Origin: Anthoceros angustus
Lineage: Eukaryota > Plantae > Anthocerotophyta
DNA length: 64,000 nt
Assembly (NCBI GenBank): GCA_010909165.1
Contig: VJWM01000284.1
Coordinates: 1-64,000, forward strand
Reading direction: 5' to 3'
Below, piece after piece: positions 36,280-47,241 of this stretch. The notes beneath the pieces were generated by a model. That model was not told the DNA's origin. It searched no databases and saw nothing but the letters and a program-made list of their open reading frames with translations. The stretch's first letter is position 1. The number at the start of each line of letters is the position of its first letter. A program made the translations under genes and the position numbers.

Positions 36280-39200
36280 GTTTGATGGAAAGCAAATTAG
36301 ATTTGAAAGCTAGAAAGCTAGAATGAAGGCAAACCTGAACGCCAGAGATGTTTGGGAGTTTGTTGACGGCTCACAGCCTAATCCTCACACACTCCCTTCA
36401 ACTGCAACTCAACCAACACCTGATCAGATTGCGAAATGGGATAAAGGAAAAAAAGTGGCCTATCAGGGCTGGATGAGACAACAGTTACCGAAGTTGAGTT
36501 CCTGGATACTGCAGCTGATATCTGGAATCAACTCAAAGAAACCTATCAAGTACAAAACGTTTGCACCTTGATCTATGTAAGAAGTGACTTCCATAGTATC
36601 AGGATGAAGGAAGGGGATCCAATTGGACCATATGTGACGAAGGTTAATTACATGACGCAGCTAGGAACCAAGATCACTGAGATCAAGCAGTTCAATCGCC
36701 ACGGCTTGCCTCCATCCTATCAGACATTCATCTCAGGATAGAATGCCACTTTGGGAGCTGCTTACAAGGCTGCAGCTGCTAATCAACCTTATGTTCTCAA
36801 CCTGAATGAAATTGTTGGTGCCCTTCTGCAAGAGGAACAAAGCCGACATAAACCAGGTCAGGGCTCTCGTGCTCGTGGAGAGAAGGTGTTATATGCTGCC
36901 AAGGGCAAGCGTTTTGTGAAGGGAAGGGGGAAAGGTAAGAAGCAAAATCCAAATACTAACCAGCTATCTGGCTCTGCTTCAACTCCCTCCAAAAAAAGGC
37001 AAGGTACTTGTAATTGGTGTCAAATCTCAGGACACTGGGAGAGGGACTGTCGCAAGAAAAAGGCTGGCGAGCCGAAGAAGGAGCCCCAAACTGAAGCACA
37101 TGTTGCTGCCAAGGACAAGGGTCCTTCAACTCACAAGAGTAGCTCAACAGTACTATCTGTGTGTCTCTCCTCAACTTCTGAGTGCTCATCTTCGTGGTTC
37201 ATAGATTCAGGAGCAACATCACATGTTTGTAATAACAGGGACTTATTTTCCACACTCACCACAACGTGTCTCCACATTCAGTTTATGTGGGGGACTCTAG
37301 AGGTGTAGATGTTAAGGGATTAGGTTTAGTGTCCATTACCTTATTTGATGGGTCTGAAATCTTGCTGGAAGATGTCTTGTTTGTCCCTGCCATGTCCAAG
37401 AACCTCTTATCAGTCAGGGCAGCAACTCAGTCGGGGAGATATGGTTTCACCTTTGAGCTTGGCTGCTGCTGCTGCTTATATGATCTGTCTAGACCTGGAA
37501 TTTGCATTGCCAAGTGTCAGCTTGTGAATGATCTCTACCGACTTAACATGTCAGCACCTATAGCTGAGGCCTATGTTACCTCAACAGTAGCCGAAGCTAA
37601 TTTGTGGCATGCTAGGCTTGGGCATGTAAACAGAGAGAAACTGAATTTGATGTCTTCTCTAGACTGTTTTAGGGAAAAACTCCCTTCATGCTTCAAGCAA
37701 CTACCTGTTTTCTCTTCCTGTGTCTTGTCAAAACAGAAGGAACTCCCCTTTAAGAACAAGCAGGCATAGAGGGCACAGGCTGTATTGGAATTAGTTCACG
37801 CTGACATTGCTGGAAAACTTCAGGTCAAGTCTTTAGGGGAGCTGAGTACTATCTCACCTTAATAGATGACTACTCCAGATTTACATGGATCTATCCACTT
37901 AGGCTTAAAAGTGATGCTTTTGAGTGTATTGAATCCTGGATATCTATGGTGCAAAGACAAACATGAAATCTTGTGAAATGCTTTCGCACTGACAATGGTG
38001 GCGAATTCATTGGAGGCAAGTATGATGTTTTGTTTGAGGCACATGGAATTATTAGACAGCTTTCAATCCCATACACCCAGCAACAAAACGGTGTGGCTGA
38101 TTTCAAGAATCAGACACTCATGGGAATGACCAGAAGCATGCTGGGATGGTCAGGACTACCCAAGCACTATTGGGCAGAAGCCCTATCTACAGCGGCCGAT
38201 ATCCTGAACAAGGTTACTACAACTTCTATACCTGGAAAAACTCCCTATGAAGCATTCTGGAAGCGAAAGCCAAGTCTTTTGCATATGAGAGTCTTTGGCT
38301 CCCCATCCTATGCGTATGTACCAGCGACGCAAGAAGTTAGATAATAGGGCCAAGCGATATATTTTCCTTGGCTATTCAGAAGTTTCTAAGGCATACAAGT
38401 TGTACGAACCTTCAACTCAGCGTGTCGTGTTAGCTTGCAGTGTGACGTTCGATGAACTCACTGCCCCTAGGAACCCACCAACTGTTGATTTACGGGTACC
38501 TAACGATCCTTTTGAGGATCTTGGCGCTCAAGATGATCTCGAGACCCTTACGCTCACCGTGTCAGATTCACACAAGGCCCACCAGTTATTCCTACAGCTG
38601 TTCCAGCACCTTTAATCCAGCAACCACCAGTTGATTATCCTGAATCTAATGGGGAACAAGGTGCTCTAGAACCCTTATCAGATGCTGACATGGGTCCTGC
38701 AGAGGAGGATGAGCCTGCTGTACATGGATTCTTTGACATATTTGGAGATGCTCGGTCATACTCTACAGGCTCAGTAGGGGAAGAAGCGGCCCATTTTTCA
38801 GATGATGAGGATGTTGCTGCTACCCATGCTGCTGCTTATGATGAACCTGATGAGCCTGCTCCTCGCTATCCTACAAGGGACAGACGACCACGTGAACAGT
38901 GGGATGAACCTCCATATCAAGCTATTGACTTTAGACGGACTTCAATTGTTGAAGAGTATGCATCCCTCATTAAAAATAACACCTGGGAGCTTGTGGATCT
39001 ACCAGCTGGAAGGAAACCCATCAGTTGCAAATGGGTATTTAAAACAAAACTCAAAGCAGATGGCACCATTGCCAGGTACAAATCACGCTTAGTAGCTAGG
39101 GGCTTTAGCCAGATTCCGGGTATCGACTACGGTGACACGTTTTCTCCAGTCGTTAAACCTCCATCAATTCGTATCTTGCTGGCCATGGCTGCTGAGTTCG

Positions 39201-41194
39201 GCTTGGAGGTCCACCAGATGGACGTGTGCACAGCCTTTTTGCACGGAGAGCTAGAAGAAACCCTGTACATGCAACAGCCACAAGGGTTTGTCAGTATAAA
39301 ATGGGCCAAGAAGGTATGCAAACTTCTCAAGACGATCTACAGGTTAAAACAAAGAAGGAGATCCTTAAACAGTTCCATCTTGATGAAGCTAGACCTGGAA
39401 TCTGTACCCGTCCTGATATAAGCTACGCTGTTAGTCAAGCATCTCAGTTCCTTAAGCAGCTAGGAAGACTACACTGGGCTGCTGTAAAACGGATATACAG
39501 ATACCTTAAAGGCACTATCTCATATGGCCTACAATATGCTGCAAGTGGGAACAAGACTCTGGAACTTATCTCTTATGCCGATGCTGACTGGGCATCACAT
39601 GCAGATACTTGTCGGAGTCTCTCTTTCTACTGTTTTATCCTTGCTTCTGGCTCCGTTAGCTAGAGTTGCAAGAAACAGACTTCTCTAGCTTTGTCTTCCA
39701 CCGAAGTAGAATACAAGGCGCTTACAGATGCCTGCAAAGAAGCTGAGTGGCAGAGGCAATTCCTGGAGTCAGTACAGCAGACACAGCATGGGCCGACAAC
39801 TTTGCACTGTGACAACATGAGCGCTATTGCCCTTGTCTCCAATCAATTTCACACGAGGACAAAGCACATAGAGCTCTATCATCATTATATATGAGATGTA
39901 GCAGAGAGAGGCTCTATCAAGGTCGAGTACGTGAGCACACATCAAAACACAGCCGACATATTCACAAAAGGGCTTCCCAAAGCCAAATACTTTCAGCACA
40001 TGGCTGCACTTGGACTTAAACAGTTCAGCTATGCTACAGGTAATAGCTAACTATGTCTCTGTGCAGGGCTAAAGCTAGTGCTGGTGTTCACACACTGTCC
40101 TATCCACACAATAGGTTCTGCACCTTAGTGGCCCTTGCCACTTCTCCTCTGCAGACTGGTATCACTTACGGGGGACAGCACCAGGCTCATAGCCATCCTG
40201 CACAGGAGAATAGGTTTAGTGTTAGCCTGTCCATCAATTTTGTCCAGTGGATGAATCACAACAGTGTCTATCTAAACGTGGGCAGAAATTGCTACTTAGT
40301 GAACAGACTCCTCACCTCATACAGCTTCTTTCCACACAGGGGGCATAGCCTGCTACGATAAGCACACACATTGCAGTCACGTCCCACACGTCTTGCCTTT
40401 CGTACTCCCATGTCCTCGAAGGCCTTGTCTGCGGCAGCTGTAGCTCTCTCAACAGATTCTTGAACCAGAGCTGCCTGCTGCTTAGCCACCTCGGCCCTCT
40501 TCACGTCCAGTAGCTTCTCCATTTCAGCAAGCATTGCGAAGACAGCTTCTACCTGTTCAGTTAGCATGGGAGCTGTGGAAGGTCCTCCGAGAGCCCTGGC
40601 TCTGCGACGAGGGACGCTCTCCACTTCGTCATCCGTGGAAGTGGGAATTGGGTCTAAATCTGTCAAGCTAGGCCCGGATGCTTTGGAGGAATCAGAAGAT
40701 TCCAGCTCTATCACTGGGTAATTGCAAGGGCTGCGAGGAGGCACAGCAGGAGCAGGGGCTGCTGCATCACCACCGCCATGCAAAGCACCTGACCGTGTCT
40801 TCATCCTCGCTCTCGTCACTGCACTACCAAGCAGGAGGCGTACAAAGCTTAAGAAGAGCGCTATCAGGAGCTCCATGTGTTCAACGTACGAGGTTCGAGA
40901 GTAGCTGGGGCGTATGCGACTATTGATTACGTGATGATGCCCTATCCAGTACTTATGCTGTATAAACCTATGTTAGGTTTAGTGGGGGTGTTGGGATATT
41001 AACCCAACATAGTTTATTTAGTTATATCATAGGTAGCTATAGGTTACTTAGTTAACTCAACAGACATAAACAATTTTGTATGTAAGACACTCCTTGTTCT
41101 ACATAATTAATTCTGCTTATTTGCATAAGCACGCTTCCGCATTTATGAGCACAAAGGACATGAGAATGGAAAGCAGGTACTGACAAAATATATC
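36280..41194 (+). mobile_element. Ty1/Copia LTR retrotransposon: gag-PR-INT-RT-RH, degenerate, with 3' PPT and LTR; no matching 5' LTR found
   Basis: Zn knuckle CNWCQISGHWERDC, protease WFIDSGATSHVC, LWHARLGHVN, FRTDNGGEF, PYTQQQNGVA, CKWVFKTK..RYKSRLVARGFSQ, MDVCTAFLHG, YADADWA, HTRTKHI and ADIFTKGLP. PPT AGTGGGGG ~40981 is followed by TGTTGGGA (40989)...TATCA (~41194). Confidence 0.92.
40292..40876 (-). CDS. Antisense ORF (194 aa) in the Copia pol-PPT interval: coiled coil plus CxxC..CxxC
   Basis: Uninterrupted ORF with an acidic/Pro-rich middle, a helical segment (EQVEAVFAMLAEMEKLLDVKRAEVAKQQAAL) and CNVCAYRSRLCPLC. Confidence 0.55.
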   Translation of the reverse strand: MELLIALFLSFVRLLLGSAVTRARMKTRSGALHGGGDAAAPAPAVPPRSPCNYPVIELESSDSSKASGPSLTDLDPIPTSTDDEVESVPRRRARALGGPSTAPMLTEQVEAVFAMLAEMEKLLDVKRAEVAKQQAALVQESVERATAAADKAFEDMGVRKARRVGRDCNVCAYRSRLCPLCGKKLYEVRSLFTK

Positions 41195-41589
41195 AAGTTC
41201 TAATGCCTCCATCTAGCTTAAGCTGATGGTCTAGTTAGTCTTGTCCAAATTTTGGACACTGCTGTAGTCACTCGTCACACTGGCCAGATTTCCTTCGTGA
41301 CCAAACTTCTCGAAGGAATTCATGCTCTCGCTCCATTTCCTATTGAGGAGCAGGAGCATGTGCTGGAAAGCTCTAGACCAGTTCTTCTGGAAAATCTACG
41401 AAGATTACTTGAAAGATAAGTATGCATTGCTACCTTGTCACACTACCCTTTCCTTGTTGTAGGGGTTTGGTGGGAGCCGGGGGCATTGGGAGCCGTTTCA
41501 CCAAAACGGGATGGGGTTTCATTTTGGAAGGTTGATTATAATTGTTTGTCTAGAGAAAAGCTGGACAAGCTGTGTGAATAATCGAGAAC

Positions 41590-42739
41590 GTATCAGCTAT
41601 TAGCGTTGGCAAAAGTAAACTTTATATTTGAGATTAACCATTGGAAGAGTCTTGAAGATGAGCAGCGTGCAATCGCTGACAAGGATTTGAGAGAAGAAAT
41701 GCATATGTTTACTGTTCCACGGTCTGAGAAAGAATGTGACTATCAGGTGGAAAAACGAAACATTATGTAGATGCGGGGATTCCTTCGGACACGGGCTTAC
41801 ACCCTACTAGTTATGGATGTCCCAGGAGGCTTTGACATTGGTCCCATGGACAGACGGCTGGACGCAGGCATGATGAGCACATTTTTCCAAAGCTTCCAAG
41901 AGAAGACAACGGTGGAAATTCAGGCGCATTGTCATGCACGAAGTGGAAGAAGCTCACCTGGTGAGAGAGTGCCTGCGGAGATTATGTGGCAAGGGTAGTA
42001 TGGTATCCTTCGTTTGGGACAAAACGAACATGAGTAATGACAAGGGTGGATTTGAGATAGTGGAGTCAGGGGACTTTTAACAATGGACGATCCGTCATTG
42101 CAAATGACACTGTGGTGACACATGACACATGACACTCAAGACAAGTTGGTGGTGTGCCCGTACCAAAGACCTCTCGGATTGATGATGAAGTTCATCAAAA
42201 CTTTCTCCAAAGAAGGAGATTGGATTCTGGATTGTTGCGCAGGAAGTGGGACTACAACACTGGCAGCATTGCTTTCTGGACGCAATTTTATTGCCATAGA
42301 AGCTGATCTCCGCTGTGCTGGTTATATCCCACAACGCATCCATGGTTTTGAGGTTTTTCCAGACTGGAAAGAGGAGCTCACATTCGACGCCCACCAGAGA
42401 GGAGCAACACAGTTCTGGGCCAAAGAGGTTTGTATGAGCGAAAAAAATTGTTTGAAGGCTCAGGTTGTTCCACTTAGTGCAAGGAGGATGAAAACGCAAA
42501 CAGGGGACTTGCTGGAGGAAGGACAACAAACACTAGACACTGTATGGCAGTCTGCGAGTGGTGGCAACAAGGAGGAAGGAGACAACGAAGAAGATGAAGA
42601 TGCGAAGGCTCTGGCCGAAACTGACAACTTCCACGCAGTAGAATTGGAACGCATGCGCAACCTGGCAGTTGTTTTAGATTCAGAAGCCACCCAAGCCCAA
42701 TGTGAGTCTCAGATTAGTCCGCATGAGGGATCTTTGTAG
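41590..42739 (+). pseudogene. Beta-class N6-adenine/N4-cytosine DNA methyltransferase-like gene (N6_N4_Mtase fold), disrupted
   Basis: Motif IV-like YTLLVMDVPGGF (DVPG at 41816), VWDK (42012), CPYQRPLGLM (equivalent to HPTQKPxxL), EGDWILDCCAGSGTTTLAALLSGRNFIAIEAD (motif I FxGxG region). In-frame TAG at 41768 and frameshifts between blocks. Confidence 0.8.
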
Positions 42740-43595
42740 AGGGAAGACTTTTTTGGAGGGATAGAGGAGGTTTTTGAAACTGTGAGATCATGATTTCCTT
42801 TCAGTACTTGTAAGAAACCATAGCCGTGGGCAAGGAAGTTTCCGGACTGGCGCCGGTCAACCGGCACCAACAAAGACCTTTCTGTTTCATGGATTGTTGA
42901 TTCTGTAGTTTTCCGAGAAAAAGGGTTTTTAGCATGGTGCAGTTGACTGTGGATTCGCCATAACGCGCATTTCCGGAACGGTGTCTTTTTTGTGAAGGGG
43001 GTTTCGAAAGTGTGGAAGAGGGTTCGTATATGAACCCCCTTCCAAGATTATCATGTTCTATATTGTTATTGTCTTGCAGACTAGAAGATAAAGGAGTGTT
43101 AGTACTAGCTTTCAAGTTTGGGATGTGTTTAAGGGCTAATTCTAATGCCTTGATGTGGGTTAGGCTAAAAACTTATGGCAAATCACGTTTAGCTAGCTTA
43201 ATAAACTTTCCTTGATGTAGGTTGGAGATTAAGATAGATGCAATGAAGTTTGCTATATAAGAAGGGGTTTCTTCTATCTCTCCCTCTATAGCTTGTTGTC
43301 TTCTATTGCTTCTATGTGTTGGGCTCCTAATTTGTTCTTATTGTCTTGCAGGACTATCTCTCTTCTTAACTCTATGCCTCCTCCTTGCAAGGGAACACAA
43401 ATCCAGGGAGAAAAAACAAAGAATTAGAGCATAGAAGCATTGTTAGAAGAGAAATGTTAGCATGGGAAGAATGCATTCAAAGATAGCAATTCTAGGATAA
43501 ACACAATCCATCTAGGTAGATGCTAGATTAGAAAGTGCCTCCCAGATTAGCTCCTTGGATGCATGAGGATGCACAAGCAAACAAAGAGCAAGTGT

Positions 43596-43834
43596 GCTCT
43601 GATACCATGATGAGAATCATACACTAGCTCAAGCAATGTGTGTTGCATTAATTGATAATAGAAAGTACATGCCTTTATATAGGCAAGGTTGTTGTAACTG
43701 TTAAGTGGCTGTAACAATTAACCAATTAAATAACTACTAAAAAAAACTACCTAGTGCCCTAACGAATAAATAAATAAATAAATAAGTCCTAGGTGCCCTA
43801 GTGAAGAGTGCCCTAAAAGTAAGCTATTTCATCA
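43596..43834 (-). mobile_element. 5' LTR (43608-43834) plus tRNA-iMet primer-binding site of a minus-strand LTR element
   Basis: GCTCTGATACCA (reverse complement TGGTATCAGAGC) at 43596-43607 abuts an LTR bounded by the inverted repeat TGATGA...TCATCA. Confidence 0.85.
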
Positions 43835-44580
43835 TGTCTAACATAGGACCACTTCAGAGCTGTCTTGGGATTCACATCCAGAGGAATAGAAAGACTAAAG
43901 TTATGATATTAACCTAGCCATGTTACCTTCAAAATAGTGCTGAACAGCTCGGTTTGAAAGATGCAAAGCCTGAAGGAACGCCCCTGCCAAGCAAACTTAA
44001 GCTCAGTAAGAGCATGTCACTAGTAATTCAATCGAACAAGGAACAAATGTCAAAGATTCCTTACCGGCAAGGAGTGGGCAAGCTTATTTACGCAGCAAAC
44101 ACTACTCGACGAGAAGTTGCTTATGCCACAAGCGTCCTCTCATAGTTTCTTGAAAACCCTTGTCAGGAATACTGGACGTGTGTTAAAAGAGTCTTTAGAT
44201 ATCTTAAAGGCACACAACACAGAGGCATCAAGTATTGTTACCAGAAGGGAATAGCACTTGATCTTGATGTGTACACGGATTCAGATTATGCTGGTGATGT
44301 GGATACCATAAAGTCAGTTTTTTGGTATGTCGTCAGTATTACACGATGGCCGATGTGCTGGCCTAGTAAGAAGCAACCTACAGTTGCACTATCCATCACT
44401 GAAGCTGAACATAGGGTTCTCACTGTAGCAACTAAAGAGATTATTTGGTGCAGGCTCTTGGTTCAGGAACTTGGGCTATCTCTACCAACCTGCACAACAA
44501 TAAAAACGGACAATCAAGGCTTTATAGCTCTAGCTAAAAATCCCGTTTTTCACTCACGGACAAAGCATGTAGAAGTTTCG
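43835..44580 (+). mobile_element. Ty1/Copia RT-RNase H fragment
   Basis: IPYRQGVGKLIY, KRVFRYLKGT, YTDSDYAGD, SKKQPTVALSITEAE and KNPVFHSRTKHVEV. Confidence 0.9.
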
Positions 44581-44907
44581 AGACCATGGCCAAAAGAACA
44601 TCGATCATGGACATCATAAAAACATGCTAAAATGGCGTTTCATGTATGTGTCATTTCTCTCCAATTCTACCAAAAGGGGGTTTGTATATTATATTGCTTC
44701 AAAAATTATGTTGTTATGGATGAAGCTTAGACGTCTTGCTGGAAAACTTGCTTTAACCCTATTGCAAACCTCACATGCAGACACTACTTTCCATCCATGA
44801 CATCCATCATTTCATTCCAGTGATAATTGTTCTTAAGTAAACTAAGTGCCCTCTTTATTCCTTGAAATTTAAAGTGCCAAAGCTCTTCATGAATTTTGCA
44901 TATAAAG

Positions 44908-44978
44908 CTGGCCTATTCCTATCTTAGGAATTAGGCACAACTCTGGCCTATTCCTATCTTAGGAATTAGGCACAACTC
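44908..44978. repeat. Tandem duplication, 35 bp x2
   Basis: CTGGCCTATTCCTATCTTAGGAATTAGGCACAACT twice. Confidence 0.85.
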
Positions 44979-46059
44979 TAATGTTGTCTACAAATACCAA
45001 CTTAGCATCTACCCAATGATCTATACCTTCTGCTCTTTTTTTGTTACCCTTCATTTCCTTCGACGTCAAAACATAATCTTACTCCTATCAGTTTGTATTC
45101 TTTCCAATATTACATATTCTTATCCTTCCAAATATCTGCACTATGTGCTCGAAAGAGTATCTCAATTAAATTCACTAAATATGAGCTTGGTGTCCATCTA
45201 GATACCACTAAATTACGTTCAAGTACATTCTTGTACTACTTTCCATGTAAGGATGTACACTCCATAACTCTGTTATTCCAAAGCTAAAGCTAACCTTGAA
45301 TTTCTTAATGGAAGCAGCTCCACATACAAGCCATTTCCATGATTGTGGATGAATCCATTGCCTCATATATTTAGTTGAAAACTAAAAATGTAAATTGATC
45401 ACAGTTGAATTTTGTTTTTCGGAAAAATAACCGTTTGACAGCGGCTGTCAAAACCATAAGCCTCTACGAAAGAAGGCTGTGCAAGGTCTCTTAAAGTATG
45501 ATCATGGCAATGATTAGTGAAATAAAACTAATAATAAAAAATAAAATACTTTTCATAATAGAGATACTCCACTACTGGGAAGAAGGTGACCACAATAAAA
45601 AAGAAAAAGAAGTTTGTGTTTTATTGAGGGAAAAAACGATGGGGAAAAACCTATCCAGCACGGGACAATGAAGGCGGACCTCGGGGATCAAGGTCAAAAA
45701 GAGCGACTAAGCCCTTACCTAAAGTAATAAAAAAGAAATAGAATGCACATCCTATATAGTGTAGCTTTGCTCTCGACCTCGACAATAATGATGCTATCAC
45801 TAGCTTCCTTAAGCACCTCTGCCATTTTCATCTTGCCCTAGGCTCAAGAATAATATTTTATATTTTGATAATATATTAAATACGTAGGATAATATATCTA
45901 TCTATTTATTTTATAATACCTCATAAACCATAAATAGATAGTTGTAAGAAAGCCACAAATGGGTTTGATGGTTTCGTTTTTTTTATTTTAGTTAACATCG
46001 CGGGTCTCGCAGCTGCTGGAGCTTGACAGAAATAGCTGCAATATCAATTGCGAGATAAA

Positions 46060-46400
46060 CACCTGGAACGTTGCAATAGCGCTACGAGATCACTTGCTCC
46101 AGGGCGGCAATAGCAGCTATGAGATCAGCTGTTGGAGTGCCGCAACAGCAGCTATAAGATTAGCTGTTGGAGCGCGGTAACATCACTTGCGAGATCACTT
46201 GCTGGAGCGCTGCAACAGCAGCTGTGAGATTAGCTGTTGGAGTGCGGCAACAGCAGCTGTGAGATCAGCTGTTGGAGCGCGGCAACAGCAGCTGTGAGAT
46301 CAGTTGTTGGAGCGCGGCAACAGCAGCTGTGAGATCAGTCGTTGGAGCGACATCACTTGTGAGATCACTTGTTGGAGAGCGGCAACAGCACTTGCGAGAT
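46060..46400. repeat. Minisatellite, ~35-bp unit, ~9-10 copies, with internal dyad symmetry
   Basis: GAGATCAGCTGTTGGAGCGCGGCAACAGCAGCTGT units. GCTGTTG/CAACAGC can pair as a stem. Confidence 0.85.
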
Positions 46401-47241
46401 CCCATGAGCATGTCGCTCATGAGGCAAGGGATTGCTGCACCCCGAGCGCCTGCGTGTTGCAGCTTCATGACTCGTCCTTAATCTTTTGCACGCAAGATGC
46501 AGATGAAAAGCTAGCAGGCTTGCTTGTGAGTGTTTGATCGGCACGGACTTAACTTGTATAATCCGCCCATCATGGGCGAGGAGGACCATCTGCTAATTCC
46601 ATACAGCCCTTCAAAATATGCCACAACGTCGCCCAAGTTACCCCTGAAGAAGCCCTAAAATTTTGTCCCGCAGGAAGGTTCAATGACGCATAAGCTTCGT
46701 CGTCGTCAGGTTTGCAGGTAGCAAGGCACAAGATAATGTTCACAGGGGAGGGCGGGCTTGGTGACCTTAATTTGTTTCTTTGCTGTTCTTTTTTTTGGAA
46801 AGGACTGTAAGGGGTTGGTCAGCTAGGCTTCAGGGTTTGTACTAAAATATGTGGATGTGTGGTTTGCTGTTTAGGTTTAGCTGACTCCATCGAAGAGGAC
46901 CTGAACGACAAGGTTTTACAACTCCAAACTACTTTGGCAAGGGTAGAGCAAGAGAAAAAACACTCTGACGCACAATTCCAGACTACTTTGGCAAGGCTAG
47001 AGCTAGAGTTGGCAAGGCTAGTGCAAGAAAAAAAAACACTCGGACGGTGTCTTGGCAAGGCTACAATAAAAAGACTGGTGCTGCTGAGATCACCGAATCA
47101 CTACATTGTAGGGGACCTCATGCTAAAATGTCTTTGATGCCACCAAGATGGCCTCTCAAAGTTTGTGGAACAGCTCTGGTCGAAAGTTTTTCTACAAGCC
47201 AGATGAGGACTATGATTTCAGGTACTGGGTGAGAACAACAC

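Noticed and set aside
46060-46400. CRISPR-like array (35-bp partially palindromic repeats)
   Set aside because: The units are contiguous with no unique spacers, there are no cas genes, and the context is eukaryotic.
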